Part shown: in pieces, positions 1 to 10,746 of the stretch
Layout of the letters: the number at the start of each line of letters is the position of its first letter
How positions within the stretch are numbered: the first letter of the stretch is position 1
Source: Verrucomicrobiota bacterium
GTDB lineage: Bacteria > Verrucomicrobiota > Verrucomicrobiia > Limisphaerales > AAA164-E04
Assembly (NCBI GenBank): GCA_047947115.1
Contig: CP170459.1
Coordinates: 2,304,001-2,368,000 of the forward strand
Length of the DNA stretch: 64,000 bases
Direction of reading: 5' to 3'
Notes under the pieces: model-generated
The model's input: only the letters and a program-made list of their open reading frames with translations
Told to the model about the DNA's origin: nothing
Database searches by the model: none
Made by a program: the position numbers and the translations under genes

Positions 1-989
1 GGAATTCCGTTTTGCTCCGCCAGAACGGTTCCGTCAGTTACCCGGCCGAGAACGATGGGCATCGGGGCTGCATCCACCTGATCATCCGATCGGACGCGAG
101 TATACCGGTTTTCAAGGCTGTCCGCACGGGCATTGGACTGACGGTATTGATTTTGATCAATGAGATCGGGATCGCAGGTGGGGGCAGGGTAGGATTTGAG
201 CGACGGATTACGTATCCAGTTCTCAAATGTTCCGTCCCAGGTGATGGAGGATACGCCTGTCGGAACAAATGGCATCAAGGAGCCGAGCCATGGGACTGCA
301 GTGACCTCGGCGGGTTCATCCATTGCAACGATCAGGTGCCCCCCCTGAGCTAGCCAGGCATTCAGGGCGCGAGCCTGGGGGATTTCCATTTTGTCGGCTG
401 CCGCGGCGTGCAGGTAAATGGCGTTGAGTCCCTCAAGCGCCAGAGGTTGATCGGGGAAATGATCAGCCAAAACACGACCGACCAACGGCAGATAAGGTGA
501 TCGAGCGGGTTCCTCCGGAAGCCCTGGTTGACCGGAAATGCTGCGTGATACCGATCCCAGGACGAAACCCGACGGCGTGACCTCCTGTTGTCCGGAGAAC
601 TGGCTGCGTTCCTCAAGAACATCTCCTGAAGCGGTGACCACTTCCGCCACCCAGTTGTAAATGCTGCCCCCTTGATAATAGACCGGCATCACAACCCGTT
701 TGCGGGTGTTGGTGGGGAGTTCGATGGGGATGGATTGGGAAAAGTTGCTTCCGGGATCTCGCAGACGGATAAAGCCGGAAAATCCTGGGCCCTCATGATG
801 CAGTTCGAACGTGAAGGGGCACCAGTGATTTTGTCTCAACACATCTCCGTAGCCCGGAAAAACATCAAATTGCAGACCGGCGGCGTGGCCCCGAAAGGAT
901 GAAAGCTGCAGCAGGAACAAAACAACCCAAAGGACCCTGAAGCCTGGGAAACGTTTCAAACGATGAATGAATGATTGGTTAAAGTTCAT
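1..989 (-). CDS. Partial (runs off the left edge) exported hypothetical protein with a GATase1-like segment
   Basis: ATG at 989 opens a frame MNFNQSFIHRLKRFPGFRVLWVVLFLLQLSSFRGHAAG (signal-like), later FPDQPLALEGLNAIYL...ALNAWLAQGGHLIV. No stop in the part I translated; absent from the ORF track, consistent with running off the edge. Confidence 0.7.
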   Translation of the reverse strand, partial: MNFNQSFIHRLKRFPGFRVLWVVLFLLQLSSFRGHAAGLQFDVFPGYGDVLRQNHWCPFTFELHHEGPGFSGFIRLRDPGSNFSQSIPIELPTNTRKRVVMPVYYQGGSIYNWVAEVVTASGDVLEERSQFSGQQEVTPSGFVLGSVSRSISGQPGLPEEPARSPYLPLVGRVLADHFPDQPLALEGLNAIYLHAAAADKMEIPQARALNAWLAQGGHLIVAMDEPAEVTAVPWLGSLMPFVPTGVSSITWDGTFENWIRNPSLKSYPAPTCDPDLIDQNQYRQSNARADSLENRYTRVRSDDQVDAAPMPIVLGRVTDGTVLAEQNGI

Positions 990-1430
990 GTTGCTTCGTG
1001 GTTCGATTATTCCGTTGGTCAGCGACGCATTCCCGATTCATGTTTTAGGCATCGATCCGGCACATGCTTGTCGAGATGCTCGATCGGATGTCCCGGGTCC
1101 ATTGGAAATTTTCTTCCCTCTAATACCCAGTGGTTACCGTTTATGTTACAAGCCCGTCGCCATTTCAAGTTATTCCTTTTTAAGAGACTGGACGCACGGC
1201 GGTTATTCCCGGAGAATCGGTTCGCCCCTGGATGAGTGCATGATTTGACCATTTGATGATGCGTGCGGAAGAGGTCAGGCAGGCAGGATGGAGCGCCTGC
1301 GGGGTGCGGAAAAGGCGCCTGTAATCCCGATAAGTGTGTCAGATAGCATTTTTCCTGCTTTTTCATATTGACCCTGTACTTAAAATTTTGAACTCTCCCC
1401 ATTTCGCTTGACGGCGTCCCGTGTAGTATT

Positions 1431-1904
1431 ATGAGACACACCATATCAGTTTTAGTTGAAAATAAGTTCGGCGTGCTGACCCGCATTGCCGGATTGTTCA
1501 GCGGTCGTGGATTCAACATTGACACTCTCAATGTAGCACCCACGCACGAAGACAATGCGTCCCGAATGACCATTGTGACGCAGGGTGACGATGCTACTCT
1601 GATCCAGATTGTCAGGCAACTGAACAAGCTTCCAGAGGTGCTGGAAGTGCAGGATTTCCGCGAACATTTGTATGTGGACCGGGAGTTGGTGATGATTCGA
1701 GTCAAGACCGATTCCAAAAGCCGCTCCGAAATCATGCAGATCACCGACATCTTCAGAGCCAAGATCATTGACGTTCACCCTGAGTCAGTGACCATTGAAA
1801 TTACTGGAGCCGAAGGGAAGATTGCCAAGTTCATCGATCTGATGGAAACGTTCGGCATCGAAACCCTGACCCGCACCGGAACAGTCGCCCTGCCTCGGGC
1901 CTGA
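1431..1904 (+). CDS. ilvH: Acetolactate synthase small (regulatory) subunit
   Basis: ACT-domain start MRHTISVLVENKFGVLTRIAGLFSGRGFNIDTLNV; adjacent to ilvC. Confidence 0.96.
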   Translation: MRHTISVLVENKFGVLTRIAGLFSGRGFNIDTLNVAPTHEDNASRMTIVTQGDDATLIQIVRQLNKLPEVLEVQDFREHLYVDRELVMIRVKTDSKSRSEIMQITDIFRAKIIDVHPESVTIEITGAEGKIAKFIDLMETFGIETLTRTGTVALPRA

Positions 1905-1959
1905 TTTCATCCCTTTTTAAATCGTATAGATTAAAGCAAACAACAAACGCATAAAGAAC

Positions 1960-2985
1960 ATGCCAGCAAAAATATACTCGGATAAGCACGCAGACTTGAA
2001 CGTCTTCAAGGGAAAAACCCTGGCTGTGCTTGGATTCGGTTCCCAAGGACACGCTCACGCCTTGAATCTCAAGGACAGCGGGTGCAACGTTATCATCGGC
2101 CTCTATAAAGGCAGCAAATCCATTCCTGTTGCCAAGGAAAAAGGATTCAAGGTCGTCACCACCGCCGAAGCGGTCAAACAAGCTGACGTCATTTTTGTTG
2201 CTTTGCCCGATACCAAGCAGGCCTCTGTTTACGAATCGGATATTGCCCCCAATTTGACCAAGGGTAAAACCCTTCTTTTTTCACACGGATTCGCCATCCA
2301 TTACAAAACCCTGGTCCCTCCCGCTGACGTCGACGTGATCCTGGTGGCCCCCAAAGGCCCCGGCCATATCGTTCGTCGCCAGTTCGTGGAAGGCAAGGGA
2401 GTTCCCGCCCTGATCGCCGTTCACCAGAACCCCAGCAAAAAAGCCAAAAAAGTGGCGCTGGCATGGGCCAAAGGCGTCGGTGGAACCCGAGCAGGCGTGT
2501 TGGAAACAACATTTAAGGAAGAAACCGAAACCGATCTGTTCGGCGAACAGACCGTTCTTTGCGGCGGAACCAGCGCTTTGATCATCGCCGGTTACGAAAC
2601 ATTGGTGGAAGCCGGATACCAGCCCGAAATGGCCTACTTCGAATGTCTGCATGAGCTGAAACTCATCGTGGACCTCATCAATGAATCCGGTATTCACGGC
2701 ATGCGATTCTCCATCTCAGAGACCGCCAAGTGGGGTGATGTGAGCGTCGGGCCCAAGATCATTGACGCAGGTGTCAAGAAACGTATGAAGGCCGCCTTGA
2801 AAGCCATTCAAAATGGAAAATTCGCCAAAGAATGGGTCAAGGAATACCAAACCGGCTACAAGAAGTACAACTCCCTCCTCAAAGCAGGTGAGAAGCACTC
2901 CATTGAGAAGGTGGGCGCTCGTTTGCGTAAGATGATGCCCTGGATGCAGAAGCGTGCTACGGGCGGTGTTCAGAGTTCTTACTAG
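1960..2985 (+). CDS. ilvC: Ketol-acid reductoisomerase
   Basis: [55 protein letters not shown] motifs. Confidence 0.98.
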   Translation: MPAKIYSDKHADLNVFKGKTLAVLGFGSQGHAHALNLKDSGCNVIIGLYKGSKSIPVAKEKGFKVVTTAEAVKQADVIFVALPDTKQASVYESDIAPNLTKGKTLLFSHGFAIHYKTLVPPADVDVILVAPKGPGHIVRRQFVEGKGVPALIAVHQNPSKKAKKVALAWAKGVGGTRAGVLETTFKEETETDLFGEQTVLCGGTSALIIAGYETLVEAGYQPEMAYFECLHELKLIVDLINESGIHGMRFSISETAKWGDVSVGPKIIDAGVKKRMKAALKAIQNGKFAKEWVKEYQTGYKKYNSLLKAGEKHSIEKVGARLRKMMPWMQKRATGGVQSSY

Positions 2986-3015
2986 GACACTTTCCTTACC
3001 AGATTGCAATTTGAT

Positions 3016-3060
3016 CCGGCGGTTATTTCCTGGCAATGGATGTGACCGCCGGTCTTTTTA
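3016..3060 (+). terminator. Probable intrinsic terminator after ilvC
   Basis: CCGGCGGT...ACCGCCGG stem followed by TCTTTTT. Confidence 0.65.
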
Positions 3061-3115
3061 TGTTGTCAGGCGACCGCAACCGGCGCATTTTTACGGTGTT
3101 GTTAATGGATTGAAT

Positions 3116-3964
3116 ATGGCTGAAACGATGCATTTTAAATACGGCTGCCTGCTGGTCTGCCTGATCCTGGGCATGGCTGCCGCTGATCACAGGATGTCTG
3201 CTCAGGAGTCCGCAGAAGACATCGACAGTCTGCGTGCATCCTACCAGACCATCCTGGACCGCAATCCATTCAACCTCCAACCCCCGCCACCTCCCCCAGA
3301 TCCCGAGCCGGAACCAGAACCGGAGGAGGAGAAAAGTCCTGAGCTGGACGAATTGAATCTCAAAATCGCCGGTGTCAGCGCCAAAGATGAGATCAAGCGG
3401 GTGTGGATGTCCATGACACTGCCCAATCCAAATCCCGATTTGCCACCGGTCGAGCGATTCTTCGCCTTCACCGAATCTGAAGATGAACACCATGGGGTGA
3501 AAGTGACTCAGATCGGATTCGACGGGAATATTGAAATTGAATACTACGGTAAATCACACAAATTGGAATTTGAGGAATACCGATACGATGGAGCCAGCGC
3601 GAAAAAGGCAGGAGGCAAATCCAACGTTAAAACCCCGACACGCATCAGCGCTCGTGAATTGATCCGGCGGCGTGCTTTGGAACAGCAAAATCAGAATTCT
3701 GGAAACACCACCACCGGAGGTGCAACCAACAACAGGGGAACGACCAGTGGTTCGCTCCTGCGTGGATCAGGGGGCAGTGCCACCCGAACAGGCATGCAAC
3801 AGATTCCAACCCGTCAAAGCCGCCTGTCCACCTCGAATTCCTCGCGTGCTCCGGCCAAACCGGCCTACACGCGGGAAGAACAGATTCTGTTGATGGAAAC
3901 GCAGAAGGCCCTTGCCGAGCAGGAAGGGAGAAGTATGCCACCCATTCCGAGTTTTAACCGATAG
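3116..3964 (+). CDS. Exported Pro-rich hypothetical protein (possibly a GspC/PilP-like accessory)
   Basis: Signal-like N-terminus from ATG 3116, RNPFNLQPPPPPP linker, LKIAGV beta segment, low-complexity C-terminus. Confidence 0.7.
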   Translation: MAETMHFKYGCLLVCLILGMAAADHRMSAQESAEDIDSLRASYQTILDRNPFNLQPPPPPPDPEPEPEPEEEKSPELDELNLKIAGVSAKDEIKRVWMSMTLPNPNPDLPPVERFFAFTESEDEHHGVKVTQIGFDGNIEIEYYGKSHKLEFEEYRYDGASAKKAGGKSNVKTPTRISARELIRRRALEQQNQNSGNTTTGGATNNRGTTSGSLLRGSGGSATRTGMQQIPTRQSRLSTSNSSRAPAKPAYTREEQILLMETQKALAEQEGRSMPPIPSFNR

Positions 3965-4033
3965 GGATTTTCGTGCGTTTTTGACATGCTTCATGCGCTT
4001 CTTCGGTCACCCTGGTAAGGTTGCGTTGACCTG

Positions 4034-5323
4034 ATGAGCATTCAAGCCCCATCCATCCGTAAAGTTGGCTTTCTGGGAGCCACCGCCTTGGTGGTTGCCA
4101 ATATGATCGGCACCGGTATCTTTACCAGTACCGGATTTCAAATTGCCGACATGCCTTCCCGAGGCATCATCCTGTTGGCCTGGTTGGTTGGGGGAGCAAT
4201 CGCCCTGTTGGGGGCCCTGTGTTACGGGGCGCTTGCCCGACAACTTCCCGAATCAGGCGGAGAATATTTCTTTCTATCCAAAACCGTACACCCGTCAGTG
4301 GGCTATATCAGTGGGTGGATTTCCCTGCTGGTAGGATTCTCGGCTCCTATTGCCGCAGCAGCCTATGGGACGGGGGTTTACTGTCAGGATTGGTTGCAGG
4401 GAATGGACCCGAAGTGGATCGGGACAGGCGCTGTCCTGCTGCTTGGAATCCTTCATGGTATTGGGGTAAGGGAAGGGGTGATGGTTCAGAATCTGGTGGT
4501 CTTTTTGAAGATCGTGATGTTGACAGGATTCATCGGGTGGTCCTTGATGCACCTGCCCGCTGCAGAACAAATCCCCGCTTGGAATCCGGATTGGGGGACG
4601 TTTTCTGTCTCACTCGTGTGGATTTATTTTGCTTATTCAGGCTGGAACGCTGCCGTCTACATCGGGGGCGAAGTGCGTGATCCCGACCGTAATCTCCCGC
4701 GTGCCATGATATTCGGAACGATCATTGTCGTGGTGTTGTATCTCCTCCTCAATATCGTGTTCCTGTGGTCCGGCCCGTTTGAATCCATGGCCGGTCGAGA
4801 GGACGTCGCTCGTGTTGCCGCTGAATCCATCGGTGGGCGGCAACTGGCTCAGTGGATCACCATGATCATTCTTGTATCCCTGATGACGTCCATTTCGGCC
4901 ATGCTCATGGCAGGCCCCCGGGTCTATGCCAAGATGGCGGAAGACGGCTATCTGCCCGGCTGGATGAAAAGCGCCCATCCTCCGGGGTGGGGGAACATGA
5001 TTCTTCAGATCACGGTTGCGCTCATGCTTCTTTGGATTCCCACCTTCAAGGACCTCCTGGCCTACATCGGATTTACCTTGGGGATCGGGACGGCATTGAC
5101 GGTTCTTGGGCTGGTGAAATTGAAGATGAAAATACATCCGGAACTCAAGGTTCCCGGGTGGCCGATCGTTCCGATCCTGTTTCTAATCATGGTTCTTTGG
5201 GTGACCCTTTTTTCCATCTGGCGGCAGCCACTCCCAAGCCTCTACGGGTTGTTGACCTTGGTCGTTGGCTGGGTGGCCTGGTGGGTGCATCGGGGCAGGG
5301 GAAGCAAGATAATTGGTCTTTGA
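4034..5323 (+). CDS. APC-family amino acid permease
   Basis: VANMIGTGIF, PESGGEY, FAYSGWNAAVYIGGEVRDP motifs; about 12 hydrophobic segments. Confidence 0.92.
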   Translation: MSIQAPSIRKVGFLGATALVVANMIGTGIFTSTGFQIADMPSRGIILLAWLVGGAIALLGALCYGALARQLPESGGEYFFLSKTVHPSVGYISGWISLLVGFSAPIAAAAYGTGVYCQDWLQGMDPKWIGTGAVLLLGILHGIGVREGVMVQNLVVFLKIVMLTGFIGWSLMHLPAAEQIPAWNPDWGTFSVSLVWIYFAYSGWNAAVYIGGEVRDPDRNLPRAMIFGTIIVVVLYLLLNIVFLWSGPFESMAGREDVARVAAESIGGRQLAQWITMIILVSLMTSISAMLMAGPRVYAKMAEDGYLPGWMKSAHPPGWGNMILQITVALMLLWIPTFKDLLAYIGFTLGIGTALTVLGLVKLKMKIHPELKVPGWPIVPILFLIMVLWVTLFSIWRQPLPSLYGLLTLVVGWVAWWVHRGRGSKIIGL

Positions 5324-5329
5324 AAAAGT

Positions 5330-5362
5330 AAACCCCATGCAGGCCGAGCCTGCATGGGGTTT
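5330..5362. terminator. Bidirectional intrinsic terminator between convergent permease and secG
   Basis: Perfect 15-bp inverted repeat AAACCCCATGCAGGC-cga-GCCTGCATGGGGTTT. Confidence 0.85.
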
Positions 5363-5386
5363 GGTAACACTTAAAGGAACAGCCGC

Positions 5387-5887
5387 TTAGTTATTTGGAT
5401 TCGGTTCCGTGGCTGGGACGGGTTGTTCGAGTTCAAGAGGTGCTGTTTCGGCCCCGGCAGAAGGAGCGATCGCTGGAGTGCCTTCCGTTGTTGCTTCCTC
5501 GGTGGTTGTGGCCTCACCCTGGGGAGCGGTTGCGTCCGCTGTAGGTGTCACGGTGATGGGCGCGGTGGTTGCACCTTCTTCCACTGCGGCCGGAACTGCC
5601 GGTTGATTGGCAATTTCCTGTTCGAGCAGGCGTGCGTTCTTCTTGGATTCGTAAGAATTCATGATGGACAACAGCAACGCAAGGCCCAGAAACAATCCGG
5701 CGCTGTACTTGGTGATTTTGGACAAAGGTGTTCCGGCTCCAGCGCCAAACACTGCTTCCGCAGCGCCTGCACCGAATGCCAGTCCGGCACCCGCTTCCTT
5801 CTTGGGCAATTGGACCAGGATCAACAGAATGAGGAACAAACTGTTGAGCACCATTATAATGGTCAGTAATCCGATGATTAAGCTCAT
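5387..5887 (-). CDS. secG: Preprotein translocase subunit SecG with long acidic Ala/Thr/Pro tail
   Basis: Two TM helices flanking a G-rich loop (LVQLPKKEAGAGLAFGAG...LSKIT); typical position downstream of tpiA. Confidence 0.9.
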   Translation of the reverse strand: MSLIIGLLTIIMVLNSLFLILLILVQLPKKEAGAGLAFGAGAAEAVFGAGAGTPLSKITKYSAGLFLGLALLLSIMNSYESKKNARLLEQEIANQPAVPAAVEEGATTAPITVTPTADATAPQGEATTTEEATTEGTPAIAPSAGAETAPLELEQPVPATEPNPNN

Positions 5888-5958
5888 ACTTCTTTCAATA
5901 TCGTATTTTCAAAAACGAGCAGCTTGTCAAAGCCGGGCTCAGGTTGCAACTCCCAAAT

Positions 5959-6723
5959 TTAGATGCTGTTCAGGATGATTTCAGAAAAACTCTTGGCATC
6001 CAGAGCCGCTCCGCCGACCAAAGCACCGTCGATATCGGGCTGGCCCATCAATTCCCGGGCATTGCCAGGCTTGACGCTGCCGCCATATTGGATGCGGACC
6101 TGTTTGGCTACATCGTTGCCATGCAACTCTGCCAGCACACTGCGAATAAAGGCGTGCACATCCTGAGCCTGTTCCGAGCTGGCGGTTTTGCCGGTGCCAA
6201 TGGCCCATACAGGTTCATAGGCAATAACGGTTTCCAGTATCTGCTCCGAGGTGAGACCTGCCAGGCTACCTTTTATCTGGCTGCCTACAACATCATTGGT
6301 GACGCCTGATTCACGTTGTTCCAGGGTTTCGCCCACGCAAATGATGGGTTTGATGGAAGCCGCATGTGCGGCCAATGCTTTCTTTGAGATCAGAGAATCG
6401 GATTCCTCCTGATATTGGCGGCGTTCGGAGTGTCCCAGAATGACATAACGCACCAGGAATTCTTTCAACATTTCAGCGGCGATTTCACCGGTGTAAGCAC
6501 CGGCGGTGTGTTCGCTCATGTTTTGGGCGCCCAGGCGAATGTTGGATTCAATGACTTTCTTGGAGACGTCACTCAATGCGGTGAAGGGCGGGCAGACGAC
6601 AATGTCGACTTCTTTCACCTGGTTGACTTCTCGGACGAGTTCCTGGACTAGGTCAAGGGATTCGGCAACGGTTTTGTTCATCTTCCAGTTGCCTGCGATA
6701 AGCAGTTTGCGATCTTTTTCCAT
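5959..6723 (-). CDS. tpiA: Triosephosphate isomerase
   Basis: IAGNWKMN, GHSERR, AYEPVWAIGTG, YGGSVKP, LVGGA motifs. Confidence 0.98.
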   Translation of the reverse strand: MEKDRKLLIAGNWKMNKTVAESLDLVQELVREVNQVKEVDIVVCPPFTALSDVSKKVIESNIRLGAQNMSEHTAGAYTGEIAAEMLKEFLVRYVILGHSERRQYQEESDSLISKKALAAHAASIKPIICVGETLEQRESGVTNDVVGSQIKGSLAGLTSEQILETVIAYEPVWAIGTGKTASSEQAQDVHAFIRSVLAELHGNDVAKQVRIQYGGSVKPGNARELMGQPDIDGALVGGAALDAKSFSEIILNSI

Positions 6724-6775
6724 AACGACTTTCAGTAATTGTAGGTCAAATTGTTTCTTTTTTGGTCACGGTGGC

Positions 6776-8032
6776 TTACTGGTCAGACAATGCCGCGACC
6801 CCCGGGAGTTCCTTCCCTTCAAGGAACTCAAGACTGGCGCCTCCACCAGTGCTCATGAATGTGACCTTGTCACCAAGTCCGGATTGATTCAGGGCCTTGA
6901 CGCTGTCACCGCCTCCAATAATGCTTTTCGCTCCGTTGTTGGTGGTGGCGTCGGCCACCGCTTCTGCCACAGCAAAGGTTCCCTTTGAAAACCGTGGATC
7001 TTCAAAGATTCCCATGGGTCCGTTCCAAAGAATGGTCTTGGCGCTGGCGATTTTGGCTTTGTAAGTAGTGGCTGTGTTTTCGCCGATATCGACGCCTTCT
7101 TCCGATTCCGGGATGTCGGGATCGGTGTTGTGGCGCGGGTTCTGGAATTCCAGGATGTTTTTTCCTTTGGAGTTCAACTTGTCGGTCACGACAGGGGTGA
7201 CGACCGTGTTGTCTGTTGGGAGCAACAATTCAACGCCGCGTTCTTCAGCCTTCTGCATGGCCGCCTTGGCGACATCCACTTTGTCGGGTTCAACCAGTGA
7301 TTTGCCGACCTTCAATCCTTTGGCCAGTTTGAAAGTGTAGGCCATGGCCCCGCCGATCAGCAGGCTGTCCGCTTTTTCCAGCAAACGGTCGATGACAGCT
7401 ATTTTGTCGGAAACCTTGGCTCCGCCCAGAATCACCACAAAGGGACGCTGCGGGGATTCCAGCTCGTCGCCGAGAAATTGTAGTTCGCGTTCCATCAGCA
7501 ATCCTGCGGCACATGAGCCGCCTTTTTCACTGATGACCTTCGCGATGCCGGCTGTCGAGGCATGAGCCCGGTGTGCGGCTCCAAAGGCGTCGTTCACGTA
7601 GGCATCGGCATTTTCAGCAAGTCTGGTTGCGAAAACCGGATCATTGGCTTCTTCTTCAGCGTAAAAGCGCACGTTCTCCAACAGAAGGATATCCCCGTTT
7701 TTAAGCGCCGAGGCGGTTTGGGAAACCTTGTCCCCAATACAATCGTCCACGAAGGCAACCGGGCGTCCCAAAAGGTCACTCAGTTTCTGAGCCACCGGGC
7801 GCAGGGACATGGAGGGTTCCTTCTTGCCTTTCGGGCGGCCAAGGTGTGCTGCGAGAATGATCTTTGCCCCTTGGTTCACCAGGTGATCCAGGGTCGGAAT
7901 GGTGGCGCGGATACGTGTATCGTCATTGATGATCATGTCCCCATCCTTTTCTTCCATGGGTACATTGTAATCAACGCGCACAAAAACGCGCTTTCCGTTC
8001 AAATCGACATCTTTAATGGTTAATTTTGCCAT
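6776..8032 (-). CDS. pgk: Phosphoglycerate kinase
   Basis: [47 protein letters not shown]; start set at ATG 8032 (MAKLTIKD). Confidence 0.98.
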   Translation of the reverse strand: MAKLTIKDVDLNGKRVFVRVDYNVPMEEKDGDMIINDDTRIRATIPTLDHLVNQGAKIILAAHLGRPKGKKEPSMSLRPVAQKLSDLLGRPVAFVDDCIGDKVSQTASALKNGDILLLENVRFYAEEEANDPVFATRLAENADAYVNDAFGAAHRAHASTAGIAKVISEKGGSCAAGLLMERELQFLGDELESPQRPFVVILGGAKVSDKIAVIDRLLEKADSLLIGGAMAYTFKLAKGLKVGKSLVEPDKVDVAKAAMQKAEERGVELLLPTDNTVVTPVVTDKLNSKGKNILEFQNPRHNTDPDIPESEEGVDIGENTATTYKAKIASAKTILWNGPMGIFEDPRFSKGTFAVAEAVADATTNNGAKSIIGGGDSVKALNQSGLGDKVTFMSTGGGASLEFLEGKELPGVAALSDQ

Positions 8033-8126
8033 AATCCAAATACAGACCGGCAAACATAGCAAAGACGCCCTTTGCGTCAAAGGGTTTCACGTAAATTTTT
8101 TATGACAGAAGGCTGCCAGGCGTTGC

Positions 8127-9149
8127 CTATTCGTCGCCAGCAGCCCTGGCTAGTCGGTCCCGCACGCCTTCCCAGGCAGGGGTGTCAGGGACGGCTTCCA
8201 CAACGATCCATTTGGGACCAAGCTGGTCGCAGAGAAATAGCTCTGCATAAAGCGCCCTCGCGTAGGCCTCCGGGTCGTGCGGAATGAAGCAAACCCGCAG
8301 GAAATCTGCTGGTGAAGGAAGGTCTTCCAGCCCCAATACGCACGCCTCGGCGGGCAGAATGCCAAGCCGGCGGATCTGATTGATCAGATCGTTCGGTTGA
8401 GAAGAATCTGATCGGTCAAGGATGATCACGCGCGCTTTGGGTGCGTAGTGTTTGTGGTGCAGCCCCGGGCTTTTCTGGGCACCCGAAGACTGCTGCGCTG
8501 AGCGGTGCATGGTGTTCGGAGCGACCGCTCGGAGTGATTCCAGGTGAATGATGCCCGGGCGCAGCACGGTGGGGTTTCTTCCGCACAGATCCAGCACGGT
8601 TGATTCGATACCGACGTTTGCCGCACCCCCATCGACGATGAGCGGGATGCGCCCCTTCAATTGTGCTTGCACGTGTTCGGCTGAAGTCGGGGAAAGCTGG
8701 TTGGCCAGGTTGGCGCTGGGGGCCGCGATAGGGCGTCCCAGGTTTTTGATGACAGCCCTCATGAATGGATGCCCCGGCCACCGAACAGCCACTGAATCCA
8801 AGCCGGCAGTGATGTCATCCGAAATGCGTTCCGATTTGGGTAAGACAAGTGTCAGCGGCCCCGGCCAGAAGGCCTGGGAAAATTTCTCGGCAATCTCCGG
8901 CCACTCACGGACGCATTCCAACAGCATGGACTTGTCGGCCACATGAACAATGAGGGGATTGGTCGAAGGACGGCCTTTCGTGGTGTAAATGGAAGCAACC
9001 GCCTCCGCGTTGAACGCGTCCGCTGCCAATCCATACACCGTTTCAGTGGGAAGGGCCGCAAGACGACCACTCGAGAGCAAGTCCGCAGCCCTTGACGCAG
9101 CTTGCTCGAACTTGCTCGCGCTCTCAATGGTGAGGATCTCTGTTTTCAA
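8127..9149 (-). CDS. sua5: Threonylcarbamoyl-AMP synthase (Sua5/TsaC2 with SUA5 C-terminal domain)
   Basis: PTETVYGL, KGRPSTNPLIVH, APSAN, GIESTV, SPG..HYAP; TTG start at 9149 inferred. Confidence 0.93.
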   Translation of the reverse strand: MKTEILTIESASKFEQAASRAADLLSSGRLAALPTETVYGLAADAFNAEAVASIYTTKGRPSTNPLIVHVADKSMLLECVREWPEIAEKFSQAFWPGPLTLVLPKSERISDDITAGLDSVAVRWPGHPFMRAVIKNLGRPIAAPSANLANQLSPTSAEHVQAQLKGRIPLIVDGGAANVGIESTVLDLCGRNPTVLRPGIIHLESLRAVAPNTMHRSAQQSSGAQKSPGLHHKHYAPKARVIILDRSDSSQPNDLINQIRRLGILPAEACVLGLEDLPSPADFLRVCFIPHDPEAYARALYAELFLCDQLGPKWIVVEAVPDTPAWEGVRDRLARAAGDE

Positions 9150-9277
9150 TGCAGTCAAGGATTGAACGAACGGTGTTATGACCGGCAGGCCCGGGGCGTC
9201 CCGACAAGGCACCTTGTGGCCTCCCAGGGAAATCCCGAAGCAATTCCCTCAGTAAAATAATCCAGCCACCTGATGAA

Positions 9278-10723
9278 CTAAAACTTCAAAGATTCAGCCG
9301 CTGAAACAGCTGCCTGCATCAGGCGCTCGGGCAGAATACCCAGGTAAATCATAAAGATACTGCAAACCCAAAGTGTGACCCGGGAAAGCGGTGATACCTG
9401 AATTTCTTCGGGGACCATCTGCTGTTTGCCCCAGTAGATGGTGCGGATGACTCCAAAATAGTAATAAAGTGAAATCACCACACCCACAATGGCTACTCCA
9501 AGAAGTGCATAGTAGGAGGAAAACACGGCGGCCTGTTCCAAAACTGCCTTAAACAAAAGGAACTTCCCGAAGAATCCCGCCATCGGAGGAACACCCGCCA
9601 GGGAGACCATGGCCAGCGTCATCACGCCCGCCAAGCCCGGGGCGCGTTCGTGAAGTTTGGCCAGGTGCCCGATCTCTTCGGCCCCGGTGTGTTTCATCAC
9701 CAGAATGATAATCATGAATGCCGCGATGACCGTGAACATATAGCCGTAAAGATAGTAAAGAATGGCGCTCGATCCGGACTGACTCATGGCTGCGATGCCC
9801 ATCATCAGGTAACCGGCGTTGGCAATACTCGAGTAACCCAGCAGGCGCTTGAGGTTGCGCTGCGGGAGGGCGCAGAGGTTGCCATACAGAATGGTGATAC
9901 CTGCGATGACCATGAGGAGTTTTTCCCATTGAAGTGCAATGTCCGGCACGGCCATGAACAACAGGCGCATCAACAAGGCAAAACCGGCAGCTTTCGAACC
10001 CACCGCGAGAAAAGCCGTGGTGGAAGAAGGAGAGCCTTGATACACATCCGGCGCCCAAATCTGAAACGGAAATGCGGCAATCTTGAATCCCAACCCGGCA
10101 ATCACCATCAGTAATCCGACCAGCAACAGCTTGTTGTCGGTCATCGACGCTGTTGCGGTTTTGAGGGCATCAAAGTGCATGGCTCCGGTCGTTCCGTAGA
10201 CCAATGCGATGCCGTATACCAGAAATGCCGAAGAAAGCGCCCCCAGAATCAGGTATTTAACGCCCGCTTCCAATGAGACCATTTGATTTCGCAGGAAACT
10301 GGTCAGGATGTAAAAAGTGATGGTGATCAATTCCAGAGAGACAAATAGAAGCGCAAAGTGGTTGGCAGATGCGGCAAACATCATTCCGGAAAGGGCAAAG
10401 AGCATCAGGCAGTAATATTCACCCTTTCCGGTCTGGAATTTGTGGGAATATTCAACGGTTGCGGCAATGACCAGAATGGCGGCGATCAAAAAGAAACGTT
10501 TGAAGAACATCGCAAAACTATCCAGCACATACATGTTGCCAAAGGCCGTTTCCGCCGGGTTTCCGGACATGCTCATACTGCCAAAAAGGATCATGGCCAA
10601 ACCGGCGATGGAGGCGTAACCCAGCCAGTTTTTTTTGTCATGTGGAACCCAGAGATCGGCGAGCATGATGACCACGCCCAGGACGATCACGGCGATTTCA
10701 AGGATGGATGCGGCAATATTCAT
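9278..10723 (-). CDS. nuoN: NADH-quinone oxidoreductase subunit N
   Basis: EAGVKY, FKIAAFPFQIWAPDVYQG, LKRLLGYSSIA motifs; last gene of the operon. Confidence 0.96.
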   Translation of the reverse strand: MNIAASILEIAVIVLGVVIMLADLWVPHDKKNWLGYASIAGLAMILFGSMSMSGNPAETAFGNMYVLDSFAMFFKRFFLIAAILVIAATVEYSHKFQTGKGEYYCLMLFALSGMMFAASANHFALLFVSLELITITFYILTSFLRNQMVSLEAGVKYLILGALSSAFLVYGIALVYGTTGAMHFDALKTATASMTDNKLLLVGLLMVIAGLGFKIAAFPFQIWAPDVYQGSPSSTTAFLAVGSKAAGFALLMRLLFMAVPDIALQWEKLLMVIAGITILYGNLCALPQRNLKRLLGYSSIANAGYLMMGIAAMSQSGSSAILYYLYGYMFTVIAAFMIIILVMKHTGAEEIGHLAKLHERAPGLAGVMTLAMVSLAGVPPMAGFFGKFLLFKAVLEQAAVFSSYYALLGVAIVGVVISLYYYFGVIRTIYWGKQQMVPEEIQVSPLSRVTLWVCSIFMIYLGILPERLMQAAVSAAESLKF

Positions 10724-10746
10724 TGAGAAAGGAAATGCTATCAGAA

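Noticed and set aside
1019..1768. 249-aa minus-strand ORF
   Set aside because: Largely the antisense shadow of ilvH, with no recognisable motifs.
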